Below are positions 10,539 to 23,200 of a DNA stretch of 64,000 nt, piece after piece (positions within the stretch are counted from its first letter, which is position 1; every line of letters starts with the position of its first letter). The DNA comes from Dehalococcoidia bacterium (GTDB lineage Bacteria; Chloroflexota; Dehalococcoidia; UBA6926), in assembly GCA_963666115.2 (NCBI GenBank), contig CAXXET010000001.1, positions 32,001-96,000 on the forward strand. Direction: 5' to 3'. The translations under genes were made by a program, and so were the position numbers. The notes under the pieces are model-generated. The model searched no databases and was not told where the DNA came from. It saw only the letters and a list, made by a program, of their open reading frames with translations.

Positions 10539-11047
10539 CCCGTGAGCAGGAACGCGGCGACCGCAGCAACCAGCGCGGTGGTAATGCTGATGGCCGCGCC
10601 GATCATGATGTTGCGGATAAGGGTGATGTCTTTGCGGATGGCGCTAATTTCATCGTGAAGACGCTCGTTATCAGCCCGCGCCTCATCGCGAACACGCTGG
10701 TTATCAGCGCGCATCTCATCACGAATCCGCTGGCGGTCGGCCTGCGCCTCATCGCGGTATTCGCGCATCTCATCGCGGATGCGCTGCCGGTCCGCCTGTG
10801 CCTCATCCCGGTATTCGCGCATCTCATCACGGATCCGCTGGCGGTCGGCCTGCGCTTCGTCACGGATGCGGTGCCGGTCCGCCTGCGCCTCATCCCGAAT
10901 CCGCTGCCTATCCGCCTGCGCCTCGCTCCGAAACGCGCGCTGATCCTCCTGGATGTCCCCCAAGCGCTCATTCTGCTGCGTGAACGCGCCCTCGAGACGC
11001 CCAACTCGCGTCTCTTCCGTGTCCGGCCGTGGGGTTTCTGTCGTCAC
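10535..11047 (-). CDS. Coiled-coil tandem-repeat protein with a single C-terminal membrane helix
   Basis: Repeated RDEAQADRQRI and RDEMREY units; hydrophobic tail IMIGAAISITTALVAAVAAFLL. Confidence 0.75.
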   Translation of the reverse strand: MTTETPRPDTEETRVGRLEGAFTQQNERLGDIQEDQRAFRSEAQADRQRIRDEAQADRHRIRDEAQADRQRIRDEMREYRDEAQADRQRIRDEMREYRDEAQADRQRIRDEMRADNQRVRDEARADNERLHDEISAIRKDITLIRNIMIGAAISITTALVAAVAAFLLTG

Positions 11048-11186
11048 GTCTCCGCTCCCTTGCCTGCACCCCTAGTGTAACAGGCGCCCCTCATCCCGCA
11101 GCCGCACACTCGAACACGACTGCGGCGCGCCGGAGAGGATTATCCCCTCCCGCGCGCCGCAGCGCCAGTTTTCCTGTGGGCCCAAA

Positions 11187-14100
11187 CTACGTCGCGGTCA
11201 CCTGGAGCCACAGCGAACGGCCACTGAGGCCGCCCCAGTAGTTGCCGGTGTTGACCCTGCCCTCGTTCGCGATCGACCAGCCGTTGTTGGACGGGCTCGT
11301 GGCCTCGTTGTCCGAGGGGGTCAAGCGCGCCCGGTAGTAGTTCCATCCGCTTGCGTTGGAAACGCTGATCACGACGAAGTAGGTGGCGCTCGCGCTCAGC
11401 GTGCAGGTGCCGGAACAGGTGTAGCTGTAGTCCCCCGCGGTGGCCGGGTTGCTTCCGGTGAGCGTCAGGTTGGCGATGGCGGTCGCCGCCGGGTTCGCGC
11501 TGTTGTTGGCATCGGCGGCGTGTATCGCCACGGTCAAGTTCCCGGGGCTGCCCGCGTCGTTGCCGAACCGTGCCGTGACGCTGTGCAGTGTGTAGCCGCC
11601 GCTCTTGGACCCGGTCGTGAACGCCTGGGCGACCGTGGGTTTGGCGCCCCCCTGGCTTCCGACGGCCTGAGTTCCTGAGCCCGTTTCGCCAAGGTTGCTC
11701 ACGGTGATGCCGGGTGAGAACGTCTCGCTGGCTATCTCCGTCGTGCACGCGGAGTCGCTGTACGCCTTGTACGTGTATGTCGTCCCAACCGTCAGGCTGC
11801 TCAGGTTGTGCGTCGTCGTGCTGATGGCGGCAGAGCACGTGCCTGCGGGCGCGGGGCGCTGTCCTCTTCAGGTGCCAGTTGCCCGTATGCCCCGCCAGCG
11901 TCAGCGTGGCCGTCGTCGCCGTGACGCTGCCCACGGTCAGGGAGGCCGGCGTCGTGAACGCCGCCGCCGTCGCCACCAGGTTCGCCGTCGTGCAGGTCGA
12001 ATCGGAGTACGCCTTATACGTGTACGTCGTGCCTGCGCTCAAACTCGCGAGGTTCTTCGTCGTGCCGCTCACAGGCCCCTGGCACGTGTTGTCCGGCGCC
12101 GCGTCCGCCTTGTAGTGCCAACTGCCGATGTGGTTGGCGATGGTCAACGTGGCCGTCGTTGACGTCACGCTGCTCGCCGTGAGCGTGATGGGCAGTGGAT
12201 CTATGGCTGCGGAGACCTGCCAGTCCCATGCGAACCCCAGCGCGTTCTTCCCCTTCGCGCGCACCTGGTACGTCAGCGCGCTGTTGTAGTTGTCCAGGTT
12301 GTTGACGACGGCGTTGAAGGTTGAGCCGGGGACGGGGATCTGTGTCTGCGCGTTGGAGCAGTTGAACCAGCCGGACCACGTCGTTCCGCCGTCGGAACTC
12401 GTGCGGCAGTCCACCTGTATCCGGTTGGTGGTGTAGCCCCCGTTGTTCGCGGGCGCCGTCATCGTCAGCGTCATGGTGGTCGTGGTGCGCGTCGCCGTGA
12501 CCCTCGCGATCTGCTCGGGCACCGCCTGCCACACCGTCATCCGCGTCCACTCGCCGTTGCCGCTCGTGTTCTTGCCCCGCACCGCGAACACGTATTCCCG
12601 CCTGTCGTTGACGGGGTTCATCCGCTTGGCAGTCGCGTTGTAGATCTGCGTGAAGGTGGCCGACCTGTTGGTGTCGGTCAGGCCCGTCTGGCAGACCTCC
12701 CAGATGTTGCCGGCGAACACGCTGCAGGCCACGTCGTAGGTCGCGGCCCCTGCGGCGGCGTCCCACGTCCACGGTGATGGAGCCCTTGCCGCGCGTCGCC
12801 GCCAGGTTCGCCGGCGCGGGCGGCAGCGGGATCGCGTAGCTGATGGCGGAGGTTGTCCACCCGCTCGTCCCCGCGCTGTTCACCGCCTGCACGCCGATCA
12901 CGTAGTCAGTCGACCCGTCGACGGTCAGCGCCTTGGTCGTTCCCGTCTCGGAAGTCGCCGCGCCCCAGGTGAGGCCCTTGTCCGTGCTGGTCCGCAGGTT
13001 GTAGCTCGTCGCGCCCGTCACGGCGCTCCATGAGACGTTCAGCGTGGTCGCGGTGCGCGTGCCGAGGGTGACTGCGGCAGGCGCGGCAGGCCCCGGCGCG
13101 TTCACGGACGATTCCGTCCAGCCGCTCGTCCCCGCGCTGTTCTTCGTCCGAACGCGAACCATGTAGCTCGCGCTCGTGGTGATGCCGGTCTTTGTCCAGT
13201 TGACCGGCGCGCCGCCGCCGGTTGAGCCTGTGCCCGGCAAGTCAACCACGCCCCCGTCCCACGTGCTGCCGTTGTCGGCGCTCGTCTGGACGTTGAAGTA
13301 CGTTGAGCCCACCACGGCGGGCCATCTCGCCGCCAGCGTCGTGCCGGAGCGTGAAACGCTGACCGAGTCGGGCGCGATGGGCGGCGACGTCGATGTCCCC
13401 GCCGGCGCCGATTCGACCCGCACCGTGTGGCCGTAGTCGGTTGCCGCCCACACCACGACCGTGTAGTTCAGGCTGTCGTTCCTGCCCGTCAACGTCACGC
13501 TGTTGGTGGTCACGGCGGCTTCAGACGTGAAGGTCTTCCAGTCGTTGCCGCTGTTGGAGCTGGAGACGAAGTACTTCCATGCGCCGGGAACCGCCGTCCA
13601 CGTCGCCGTCAGCGTCCCCCCGTGCCGCGTGACGCGATGGCCAGGTTCTCCGGCCCCGCCAGCCTCGCCGGCACGTGCACCGATACCTGCGTTCCCCGGC
13701 TCGCCCCGCCCGCGTTCAACGCCTGGATGTTGAACTGGTACGTCGTCCCCCCGGGCAGCTGGCCGGTCGTGTGCGAGGTCGTTCCCGCGCCGCTCCCGCC
13801 GATCTGCGTCTGCGCTCCCCACGCGCCGCCCTGCTGCTTCTGCTGGTACTGGTACCCGTTGATAGAGTCGTCGTTCGGATTCGTCCACGTGATGGTCACG
13901 CTGCCGTTATTCTCCGTGGCCTGAACCCCGCCGGGCGGATCCGGCGGATCGATCCGCGGCGTGGCGGAAACGTGCCACGGGCTCGCCGCCGGCGCCGGGC
14001 GGCTAGTCCCAACCGCGTTCACCGCGCGCAGCTTGAACCGGTACTCAGCCCCGTTCGTCAAACCCGTGACCGTGTGCGACGTCGTGCCCGAATCACTCCC

Positions 14101-15288
14101 GGAGATCGACGTCCACTCGCCCCAGCCGGAAAGGTTGCCCGTGCTCGTATCGTTGTGGTTCACCGCGTATTCGTACCGCGTGATCGGCTCGATGGAGACG
14201 TTGGGCGCGGCGTTCCAGGAGAGAGTCACGCTTTCATCGCCCGCCGCCGCCGCCAGCCCCGTTGGGCGCGCCGGCGCGACGTAGGGCCTGACGGGCGCGG
14301 AATCGAGCCATTCGCTGTCGCCGCTGTCGTTGATGGACAGCACGCTCACCATGTACGGCAGGGTGTTGTTAACGCTGAACGTGATGCTGGTCTCCGTGTA
14401 GAAGGCTGCCTGCCGGAACCAGCTCTCCCCCAGGTTCGAGCTGGAGGCGACGTGGTAGCTGTCCGCCTCGCTGACGGCGGGCCACGTGACGGTCATGGAG
14501 CCGTCGGACCGCGTGATCGTCATGGACGTGGGCGGCGGTGGCGGCGAGATGCCCGCCGGCGGCTTGTATGTTGGCGCCAGCGGCGAGTTCCGCCAGCTCC
14601 CCCAGCCCGCGCTGTTCTTCGCCCGCACTCCCACGATGTACGTCTCCCCGTTGTCGACGTCGATCGTGATGGTCCCCGCGCTCGTCCCTGCGCGCGGATG
14701 GTTCAGCGCGGCAAGCTCCCAGCTTGACCCGCCGTTGGACGTGTACGTGATGTGATAGCTCGTCGCGCCCGCCGCGTGATCCCACGTGGCCGTCAGCGTG
14801 CCGTCCGCGCGCATTGTTGACACGGAAGGAACCGTGCCCGGCGGCGAGATTGGGGCAGGGGTGTTTGTGGGGACAGCGGTTGGCGTGGCGGTCGGTGGCG
14901 GCGTGTACGGCCCGCTGGACGCGGAATTGCGCCAGCCGCTGCCCCCGGACTCATTCTTCGCCCGCACCCCGACGATATACGTCTCGCTGTTCGTGACGCT
15001 GATCGTGATGCTCACGTCGCTGGTGCCGCCGGCGGGATGATCGAGGGCTGCGAGCTGCCAGCTTGACCCGCCGGTGGAGCTGTACGTGACGTGATAGCTC
15101 GTCGCGTTCGTCACGGCGGGCCAACTCGCCGTCAGCGTGCCGTCCGCCCGCGATGTTGACACGGATGACGGCGTTCCCGGCGCCTGTGACGCCGCAACCT
15201 GGCCCGCCGCCACGAAGACCGCGGCAATGCCCAGGGCGATCAGAACGCCCCGGATCGCGATTCCGGCCCGGCTTGCTGTCCTCGTCAT
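11187..15288 (-). CDS. Giant secreted Fn3-repeat protein, paralogue 3 (about 1360 aa once three frameshifts near 13620, 12770 and 11860 are corrected)
   Basis: Signal peptide, Fn3 repeats (LTATW...Y...VRAKN), two Cys-pair modules and a terminal AQAFTTGS..GGYTL domain; largely colinear with intact paralogue 20204..24607. Confidence 0.8.
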
Positions 15289-15307
15289 TACCCCGCCTCC
15301 CGTGTCA

Positions 15308-18300
15308 TCAACCGTTCTTGATCACGCCCCAGCCGCTCACCACGCCGTCCACCACCGACCGAACCCGGATCGACCAGTACGTCGTGCTCAGGCTGTGCCG
15401 TATGTTCGCGTCGGTCGTCTCGTCCTTGGTGAGGCACACAACCCAGTTGGTGTTGCTCTGCCGGCACTGGACCTCGTAGCCCACGGCCCCGCTCGGGCTG
15501 GTCGGCTTGTCCCAGCTCACCTCGTGCCTGATGTTCGGCGGGCCGAGGCGTTGATAGCTCATGTTCGTCGGCACGCCCGGCGCCGTCCCGGACGGCACGT
15601 CCGATTCCACCCACGGGGTGGTTGAGGACCCCCAACGTTCCCCGCACGCGCACCCGCGTGACGCCCGTCGTGCTGACCGTCGCCATCGCGCTCGCGTTCG
15701 TCGTGGCGGCGACGGCGCCGCAGGCCGACGTCCACGTGTACGGCGCGCTCGCGCTCGTGCTGCAATCCACCGTGTAGGAGAACGAGTCCGTGGCCGCCGC
15801 CCAGGTTGGCTTCTTCCACCAGACCTGCAGCTTGTTGTCGGACGCGACGAGCCGGTTCTTGTTGACGTCCCGCACCTGCGCGCCAACGCTGTCCGGCCCG
15901 CTCACCGTCACCGTCAGGCTGGCGATCTCGCTCCCGCTGGCGCAGGTGCCCAAGCTGTACGCCTTGAAGGTGTAGGACGTGCCGCCGGTCACCGTTATGT
16001 TGCCCGACTGCTGGTTGCTCCTGGGGAAGGAGCACGTTCCGCCGGTCGGGACGGTGTACTTGTAGTACCAGATGCCGTCCTTGCCCGCGCCCTGACCCGC
16101 AGCCCAGCCGGACAGCGTCAGCTTCGCAATGATGTCGCTGCCTGAGCTGGAGAAGGCGACGCTCAGGCTCGGGTTGCCGGTGGTGAACTCGGAGGCAGCG
16201 GCAATCACCGCCGTGCACGCCCCGTCGCTGTACGCCGTGTAGGTGTAGGACGTGTTCACGCTCAGCCCCGTGAGGTTGAGGGTCGTCGTTCCGGCGGCCA
16301 CGGGCGCGCAGACCCCGTCGCTGTTGCCGTGCTTGTAGGACCACACGCCGTTCCAGTTGGCGAGGGTCAGCGTGTTCTTGCTGGCGGAGGGCGTGCCCGC
16401 CGTGAGCGTCGGCGCGGAGCCGGCGGTGAAGGCCGCCGCCGCCGCGATCTCGTCCGCGCTGGCGCAGGCGCTCGTGTCATACGCCTTGTAGGTGTACGAC
16501 GTGCCGCTCGTCAGGCTGCTCAGCGTCGCCGTCGTCGTTCCTGCGGCGACGGGCGCGCAGGAGGCGTTGGCCTGGCTGCCCTTGTGCCACCACGCGCCGC
16601 CAGTGTAGTGCGAAAGCGTCAGCGTCGCCCCCGTGGCCGTGATGGACGAGACGGTCAGGCTTGGATCCGCCGCCGCCGCCACCTTGATCTTCCTGGGATC
16701 GCTTGTATTCTGCCAAATGCCCGCGTACTGATAGTGGGGCGAGAGAATGAACCAGCCGTTGTCGGAGGGCTCCTGGACTGCGGTGTACGTGTCCACGCTA
16801 GTCCACACGTACTTGCCGTTGCCGGTGGTGTTCGGCGCCGTGAGCACCACGTGGTACTCCGTCGCCGGGGAGAGGGAGCAGTTGGCGTTGGCGGGGCAGG
16901 TGAAGGTGAACGTCCCCGCGCCCGTGGGGCTGCTCCCGCTCAGCGTCGCCTGCGACGTGCCCGGCTTGCCGTTGCTCGCGCTCGTGTAGAGGGCGACGGT
17001 GAGATCCCCTGACGCGTTGCCGGTCGTATTGGTGACGGAGGTGATGTTCACGTCGACGGACTCGATCGTGTAGCCGCCCGCGTTGCCGCCCGTGACGAAC
17101 CTGGAGGACTCCCCGCTGGAGCTGTCGACGTTCGCAGTGCCGGGGCCGCCAGTGGTGAGGTTGCTGAGCGTGACGAGGGTGGCGAAGGTCTCGCTCGCTA
17201 GCGCCGTCGCGCACGCGGAGTCGCTGTACGCCGTGTACGTGAGGACCGCGCCCGCCGCCAGGCTGGTCAGATCGTGCGAGAAGTCGGCCTCGCCCGCCGC
17301 GCACGCGCCGGTTGACGGCGCGGTCTCCCGGAGCCACCAGTTGCCCGTGCGGTTGGCCAGGGTCAGCGTCGCCGATGTCGCCGTCACGTCGCTCGCGGTC
17401 AGCGTCGCGGTCGCCGCCGTCGTGAACGTCTCTGACGCCACTTCGTTCGCGGTCGCGCACGTGGACGCGGAATACGCCGTATACGTGTAGCTCGTGCTCG
17501 CGGTCAGGCTGCTCAGCGCGTGCGAGAAGTCCGCCTCGCCCGACGCGCACGCGCCGGTGTCCGGCGACGTCTCCTTCAGCCACCAGTTGCCCGTCCGCCC
17601 CGCCAGCGTCAGCGTCGCCGTCGTATCGGTGATTGCGCTGGCGGTCAGCGACGCGCTCGTTGTGAACGTTGTCGTATCCAGGAGGTTCCCCGTTGTGCAA
17701 GACGAATCCGAGTACGCCCCGTACGTGTATGCCGTGCCCGGCGTCAGGCTGCTGAGCGCGTGGGTCGTTCCGGTGATCGCCGCCGAGCACGTCCCGGTCC
17801 CCGGCGCGGTCTCCTGCGCGTGCCAGTTGCCGCTGTGCCCCGTGATCGTCAGCGTTGCGCCCGTCGCGGTGATGCTGCCTGCGGACAGGCTGACCGTCGT
17901 AAACTGCGCCGATGCAATCGAATCCGCGCAGGCGGAGTCGCTGTACGCCGTGTACGTGTAGGTTGTCCCGCTCGTCAGGCTGCTCAGCGCGTGCGAGAAG
18001 TCCGCCTCGCCCGCCGCGCACGCGCCGGTGGCCGGCGACGTCTCCTTCAGCCACCAATTGCCCGTGTGTCCGGCAAGCGTCACCGTTGCCGTGGTCGTCG
18101 TCAGGCTGCTCGGAGTCAGGGAAACGCCCGCTGTGAACGTCACCGTCGCCAGTTCGTGCGAGGACGGGCAGCCGTTCAAGGAGTACGCCTTGTACGTGTA
18201 CGTCGTTGCGGCGGTCAGGCTGCTGAGGTCCGTGCTCCTGCTGGCGCCCACGTTCGCCGAGCACGCGCCGCTCGTCGGCGCGGTCCGCTTGATGTACCAA

Positions 18301-20147
18301 TCGTAGGGATGGTTCCCGATGGTGAGCGTCGCCGTGGTCGTCGTCACGCTGCTCGCCGTCAGCGTGTACTGCCGGTTCGGCCACACGTCATCCGACGCCT
18401 GCGACCATGGGCCCCAGCTTGTGCCGTTGTGGTCGCCGTTGCCCGCGCGCACGCGCATCTGGTAGCGCACGCCGTTGCTCAGCCCGGTGAGCGTCACGGA
18501 GGGTGAACGTTGTGGTCGTCATGCCGCTGGTCTTGCCTTCGAGGTAGTAGCGCGTCGTCTCGGTCCACTCGGTCCAGGCGTATATCGCCCTGCGATTGGG
18601 GTTGCTGGGCGGAAGATCATAGGTGATGCAGGGGTTGCTGCGCCCGCCAAAGGTGATCTGGCACGGGCGCCACTGGACCTGGTAGACCGTGGCCGTGCCC
18701 GTTGGCGCATCCCATGAGACGTCTGCCCCAAAGTCCCGCGGATTTGCCGTCGGCTTCGCTACCTGCCCCGGCGCGGCCGGCAGCGTGCTGAACTGCGCCC
18801 CCTTGCGCGATGGTCGCGCCGCCGCAGAAGCCGTTGCCGTAGACGTTGATCGTGTAATTCGTGTTCGGATCCAGGCCCGTGACCGTCGTCTCCGTGCCGT
18901 TCACCGGCCCGTTGCACGTTGTCGTCTGCCCGCTCGCGCCGAACGCTCCGCCGCCTGCTCCGCCTGCTCCGCCGCCGCCCCCGCCCTGGTTCGCGTTCGC
19001 GCTGTAATACCACTCCCCGTCCCAGTTGCCCAGGTTGATCGTCGCCCCGTTGGCCGTCTCGCCGTTCACCACAACCGTCACGTCGGTCGGCGTCGCGGCG
19101 ATGTACCACGGCAGGGCGGCGGGCGCGGCGGCGCTGCTCCCCGCGGCGTTCACCGCGCGGAGCTTGAAGCGGTATTCCGTCCCGTTCGCCAGCCCCGTCA
19201 CCGCGAATGACGTGGTGTCCGCGCCGCTGTTCGCCATGCTTGTCCACTCGCCCCAGCCGGGGGCGGGCGGCGCCTGCCGGAATTGGTACTCATATCCCGT
19301 GATGCCGGAGTTCGACGGGTTGTCCCACGCCAGCGTCACGCTCTCGTCGCCCGCTGTCGCCGTCAGCCCCGTTGGGCGGGCCGGTGGGTTGGGCGCGGCT
19401 GTTGGCGTCGGCTCAGGCGTGGGTTCGGGCGTGGACGTGGGCGGCGTGAACGGCCCGCTGGACGGCGAGTTCCGCCATCCGCTGCCGCCGCCGCTGTTCT
19501 TCGCCCGCGCCCCGACGATATACGTGTTGCCGTTCTCGACGTCGAACGTGATGCTCTCGCTGCTGCCGCCGCTCGCCGGATGATCGAGCGCGGCGAGGCT
19601 CCAGCTTGAGCCGCCGTTGGACGTGTATGTGACGTGGTAGCTCGTCGCCCCGGAGACCGCATTCCAACTCGCGGTCAGCGTCCCCGTCCGCCCGCGTCAC
19701 CGAGACGGATGACGGCGTGCCGGGCGGCGAGGGCGGGGCAGGGGTGGGCGTCAGTGTTGGCGTGTACGGCCCGGCCGGCGGCGAGTTGCGCCAGCCGCTG
19801 CCGCCCGCCGTATTCTTCGCGCGCACGCCAACGATATAGGTATCGCTGTTGGAAACGCTGAACGTGATGCTCTCGCCGCTGCTCCCGCTCGCGGGATGAT
19901 CCAGCGCGGCAAGCTCCCAGCTTGCGCCCCCGGTCGAACTATAGGTGACGTGGTAGGTCTCGGCGCCGGACGGGGCCGACCACGAGGCCGTCAGCGTGCC
20001 GTCCGCCCGCGATGTTGACACGGACGAGGGCGTGGCGGGCGCGGACGATGCCGCGACCGGCCCCGCCGCCAGGAAGATGGCCGCAACCCCAAGGGCGATC
20101 AGCATCGCGCGAATCGCCATGCCCGCCCGGCCTGCTGTCCTGCTCAT
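15308..20147 (-). CDS. Giant secreted Fn3/Cys-pair repeat protein, paralogue 2 (about 1600 aa; frameshifts near 19685, 18800, 18500 and 15615)
   Basis: Signal peptide MSRTAGRAG... closely resembles that of paralogue 3; ORF fragments 19413..20162, 18617..19339, 15288..18497 and 15308..15886 join into one domain chain. Confidence 0.75.
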
Positions 20148-20203
20148 CTTCCCGCCTCCCATGCCGGTTCGTTCTCCCTACAGTCCTGTGTTGGCCCTGT
20201 CCG

Positions 20204-23200
20204 CTACGTTCCGTACTGCGTCTTCTGGATCACCCAGGCGCTGTACACGCCGTTCTTCACCGTCCGCACACGGACGTAATAGAACAGGCCGGCGGCGAAG
20301 CCGTGACTCACGGTCTGGCTCATGTTCGTGTTTGCCGTGCTGGTGATGTTGTGGGTGCCGCAGGAGTTCCAGATGTTGGTTGTCCTGACGCCCTGGTCGG
20401 TGCACTGGAGCTGGTAGGCGAACGTGTCGCTTGCCTGGGTGTTGGCAGGCTTCTGCCAGCTCACCGGATAGGTCCTGATATGCCCGGTGAAACTGGAGTT
20501 GCCCACGCTCACGCTTGTCGGAACGCCCGGCGGCGTCGCGAACGCCGCCGACCCTATCGCCTTCCCCGTCGTGCACGCCGAATCGCTGTACGCCGTGTAG
20601 GTGTACTGCGTGCCGGCCGTGAGGCTGCTCAGCGCGTGCGAGAAGTCGCTCTCGCCCGACACGCACGTCCCGCTCGACGCCTTCAGCCACCAGTCGCCAA
20701 CGTGGCCCACTAGCGTCAGCGTCGCCGTCGTCCCCGTCACGCTCCCAGCCTCAAGCCCGGGCTGCGGCGCGGCAGTCACCAGCATCTGGATCACGTTGGA
20801 GAGGGACAGCCAGGAGGTGGTTGTCAGCAGCACGGTGCCGCTCCTGCCATCGTTCACGATCGACCAGCCGTTGCCGGACGGCGTGTTGGTTTCGTTGTTG
20901 GAAGACGTGGTCTTGAGGGTGTAGCGGTTGCCGCTGCCCGTGGCGTTGGGGGCGCTGACACGAATGAAGTACGTCGTGCCGGCGTCCAGGTCGCACGTAT
21001 TCGTGGGATCGGCAGCGCACGTGAATGTGCCATTCGTATTGCTTGCGGGGTTGGCGCCGGTGAGCGTGGCGCGCGCCGACGAGGCCGGGTTGAGGCTGTT
21101 GGCGGTGTCCGCCGTGTGGAGCGTTACCACCACGTCGCCCGGCGAGCCGAACGTCTGGTGGAATGCGATGGTGATGCTGTCAAGCGTGTAGCCGCCCGCG
21201 TTCGACCCGGTGGTGAATGCCTGCGCCGCCGTGTCGAGCGAGTGGCTGAACTGCCTTCCGACACTGGCGGTCGAGTTATTCGTCTCGGCCAGGTTGCCAA
21301 CCGTCCCGGCGGTGGAGAACGCCACGGCGCCGATCTCGTTCGCCGTCGTGCAGGTCGAGTCGGAGTACGCCTTGTAGGTGTACCACGTTCCGGCGGTGAG
21401 GCTGCTCAGGTTGTGCGTCGTCGTGCTGATGGCGCTTGAGCACGTTCCGCCGGACGGCGCGGTCTTCTTTGCGTACCAGCTCCCGCTGTGGTTGGCGAGC
21501 GTCAGCGTCGCCGAATTCGTCGTCACGCTCCCCGCCGTCAGCGTGATTTCCAGCGTCGTGAACGCGGAGGCCGTCGCCAGCAGGTTCGCCGCCGCGCAGG
21601 TCGAATCGCTGTACGCCTTGTACGTGTACGTCGTCCCTGCCGTCAAACCCGTCAGTGTCTTGGTCGTGCCGGTCACCGGCCCCTGGCACAACGCGCTGTC
21701 CGGCCCCGTGTCCGCCTTGTAGTACCAGGAGGAGGAATGGTTGTTGGCGATGGTCAGCGTCGCGCCCGTCACGGTGACGGCGCTCGCCGCCAGGCTCGGC
21801 TTCGGCCAGTACGCGCGATCGCTCTCGTAGACGTTGCTGACCGTGATGGCGATCTGCGAGGTCGCGTTCGTGCAGTTCGGCCGGAGGAGCAGCGACGTGA
21901 GATGGGACGTCTGTCCGATAGGAACGGTTAGCCCGTCGACCGCCTTGGACCAGGTTCCGGCGGCGGTTGCGCGGCAGTACACGTTGTAGGTCAGCGCGTT
22001 TGAGCCGCTCCCGGTATCGGACGGCTGGCTCCAGGACAGGATGTTGCTCACGTAGTTGTTGATGGTGGGAACGCCGGGGATGCTGTGGAACGTTGGGGAC
22101 TGCCGCCAGTCCCACGCGTGCGACAGCGCGCTCCACGCCCGCGCGCGAGCCTGGTAGGCCAGCGCGCTGTCGTAGTTGTCCAGGTTGTTGACGACGGCGT
22201 TGAAGGTTGCGCCGGGTGTGGGGGTCTGCGTCTCTGCGTTGCTACAGGCGAACCAGCCGGACCACGTCGTTCCGCCGTCGGAGCTCGTGCGGCAGTCCAC
22301 CTGTATCCGGTCGGTGGTGTATCCCCCGTTGTTCGGGGGCGCCGTCATGGTCAGCGTCATGGTGGTCGTGGTGCGGGTCGCCGTGATGCTCGCGATCTGC
22401 TCCGGCACGGCGGGCCACACCGTCAGCCGCGTCCACTCGCCGTTGCCGCTCGCGTTCTTGCCCCGCACCGCGAACAGGTAATCCCGCTTGTCGTAGATGA
22501 CGCTCATCCTCTGGGCCGTCTTGTTGTACATCTGCGTGATGGTCGCCGACCTGTTGGCGTCGGTCAGGCCCGTCTTGCAGACCTCCCACATGCCCGGGTT
22601 GCCGGCGAAAGTGCTGCAGGCGAGGTCATAGGTATCGGCCCCTGCGGCGGCGTCCCACGTCAGCGTGATCGATCCCTTGCCGCGCGTCGCCGCCAGGTTC
22701 GCCGGCGCGGGCGGCAGCGGGATCGCATAGCTGATGGCGGACACCGTCCAGCCGCTCGTCCCCGCGCTGTTGACCGCCTGCACCCCGACCACGTAGTCGC
22801 TCGACCCGTTGACGGTCAGCGCTTTGGTCGTGCCCGTCTCGGAGGACGCCGAGCCCCAGGTGACGCCGCTGTCCGTGCTGGTTCGCACGTTGTAGCTCGT
22901 CGCGTTCGACACCGCCGACCATGACACGTTCAGCGTGTTTGAGGTGCGCGTGCCGAGCGTCACCGACGCGGGCGCCGGCGGCGCGGGGGTGCTGACGGAC
23001 GATTCCGTCCAGCCGCTCGTCCCCGTGCTGTTCTTCGACTGGACGCGAACCGCGTAGCTCTTCGTCGCGTCGATGCTGCTCTTCGTCCAGGTCGTCGTCG
23101 TAAGCGCCGTCGCCTGCCCGACCCACGTGCTGCCGCCGTCGCTGCTGAGGTCAACGTTGTAATTCGCTGCGCCGACGACGGCGGGCCAGGTCGCGGTCAG

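Noticed and set aside
10650-10930. Regular ~33-bp repeats as a CRISPR array
   Set aside because: The units are contiguous with no unique spacers, lie in frame within a CDS, and no cas genes are present.
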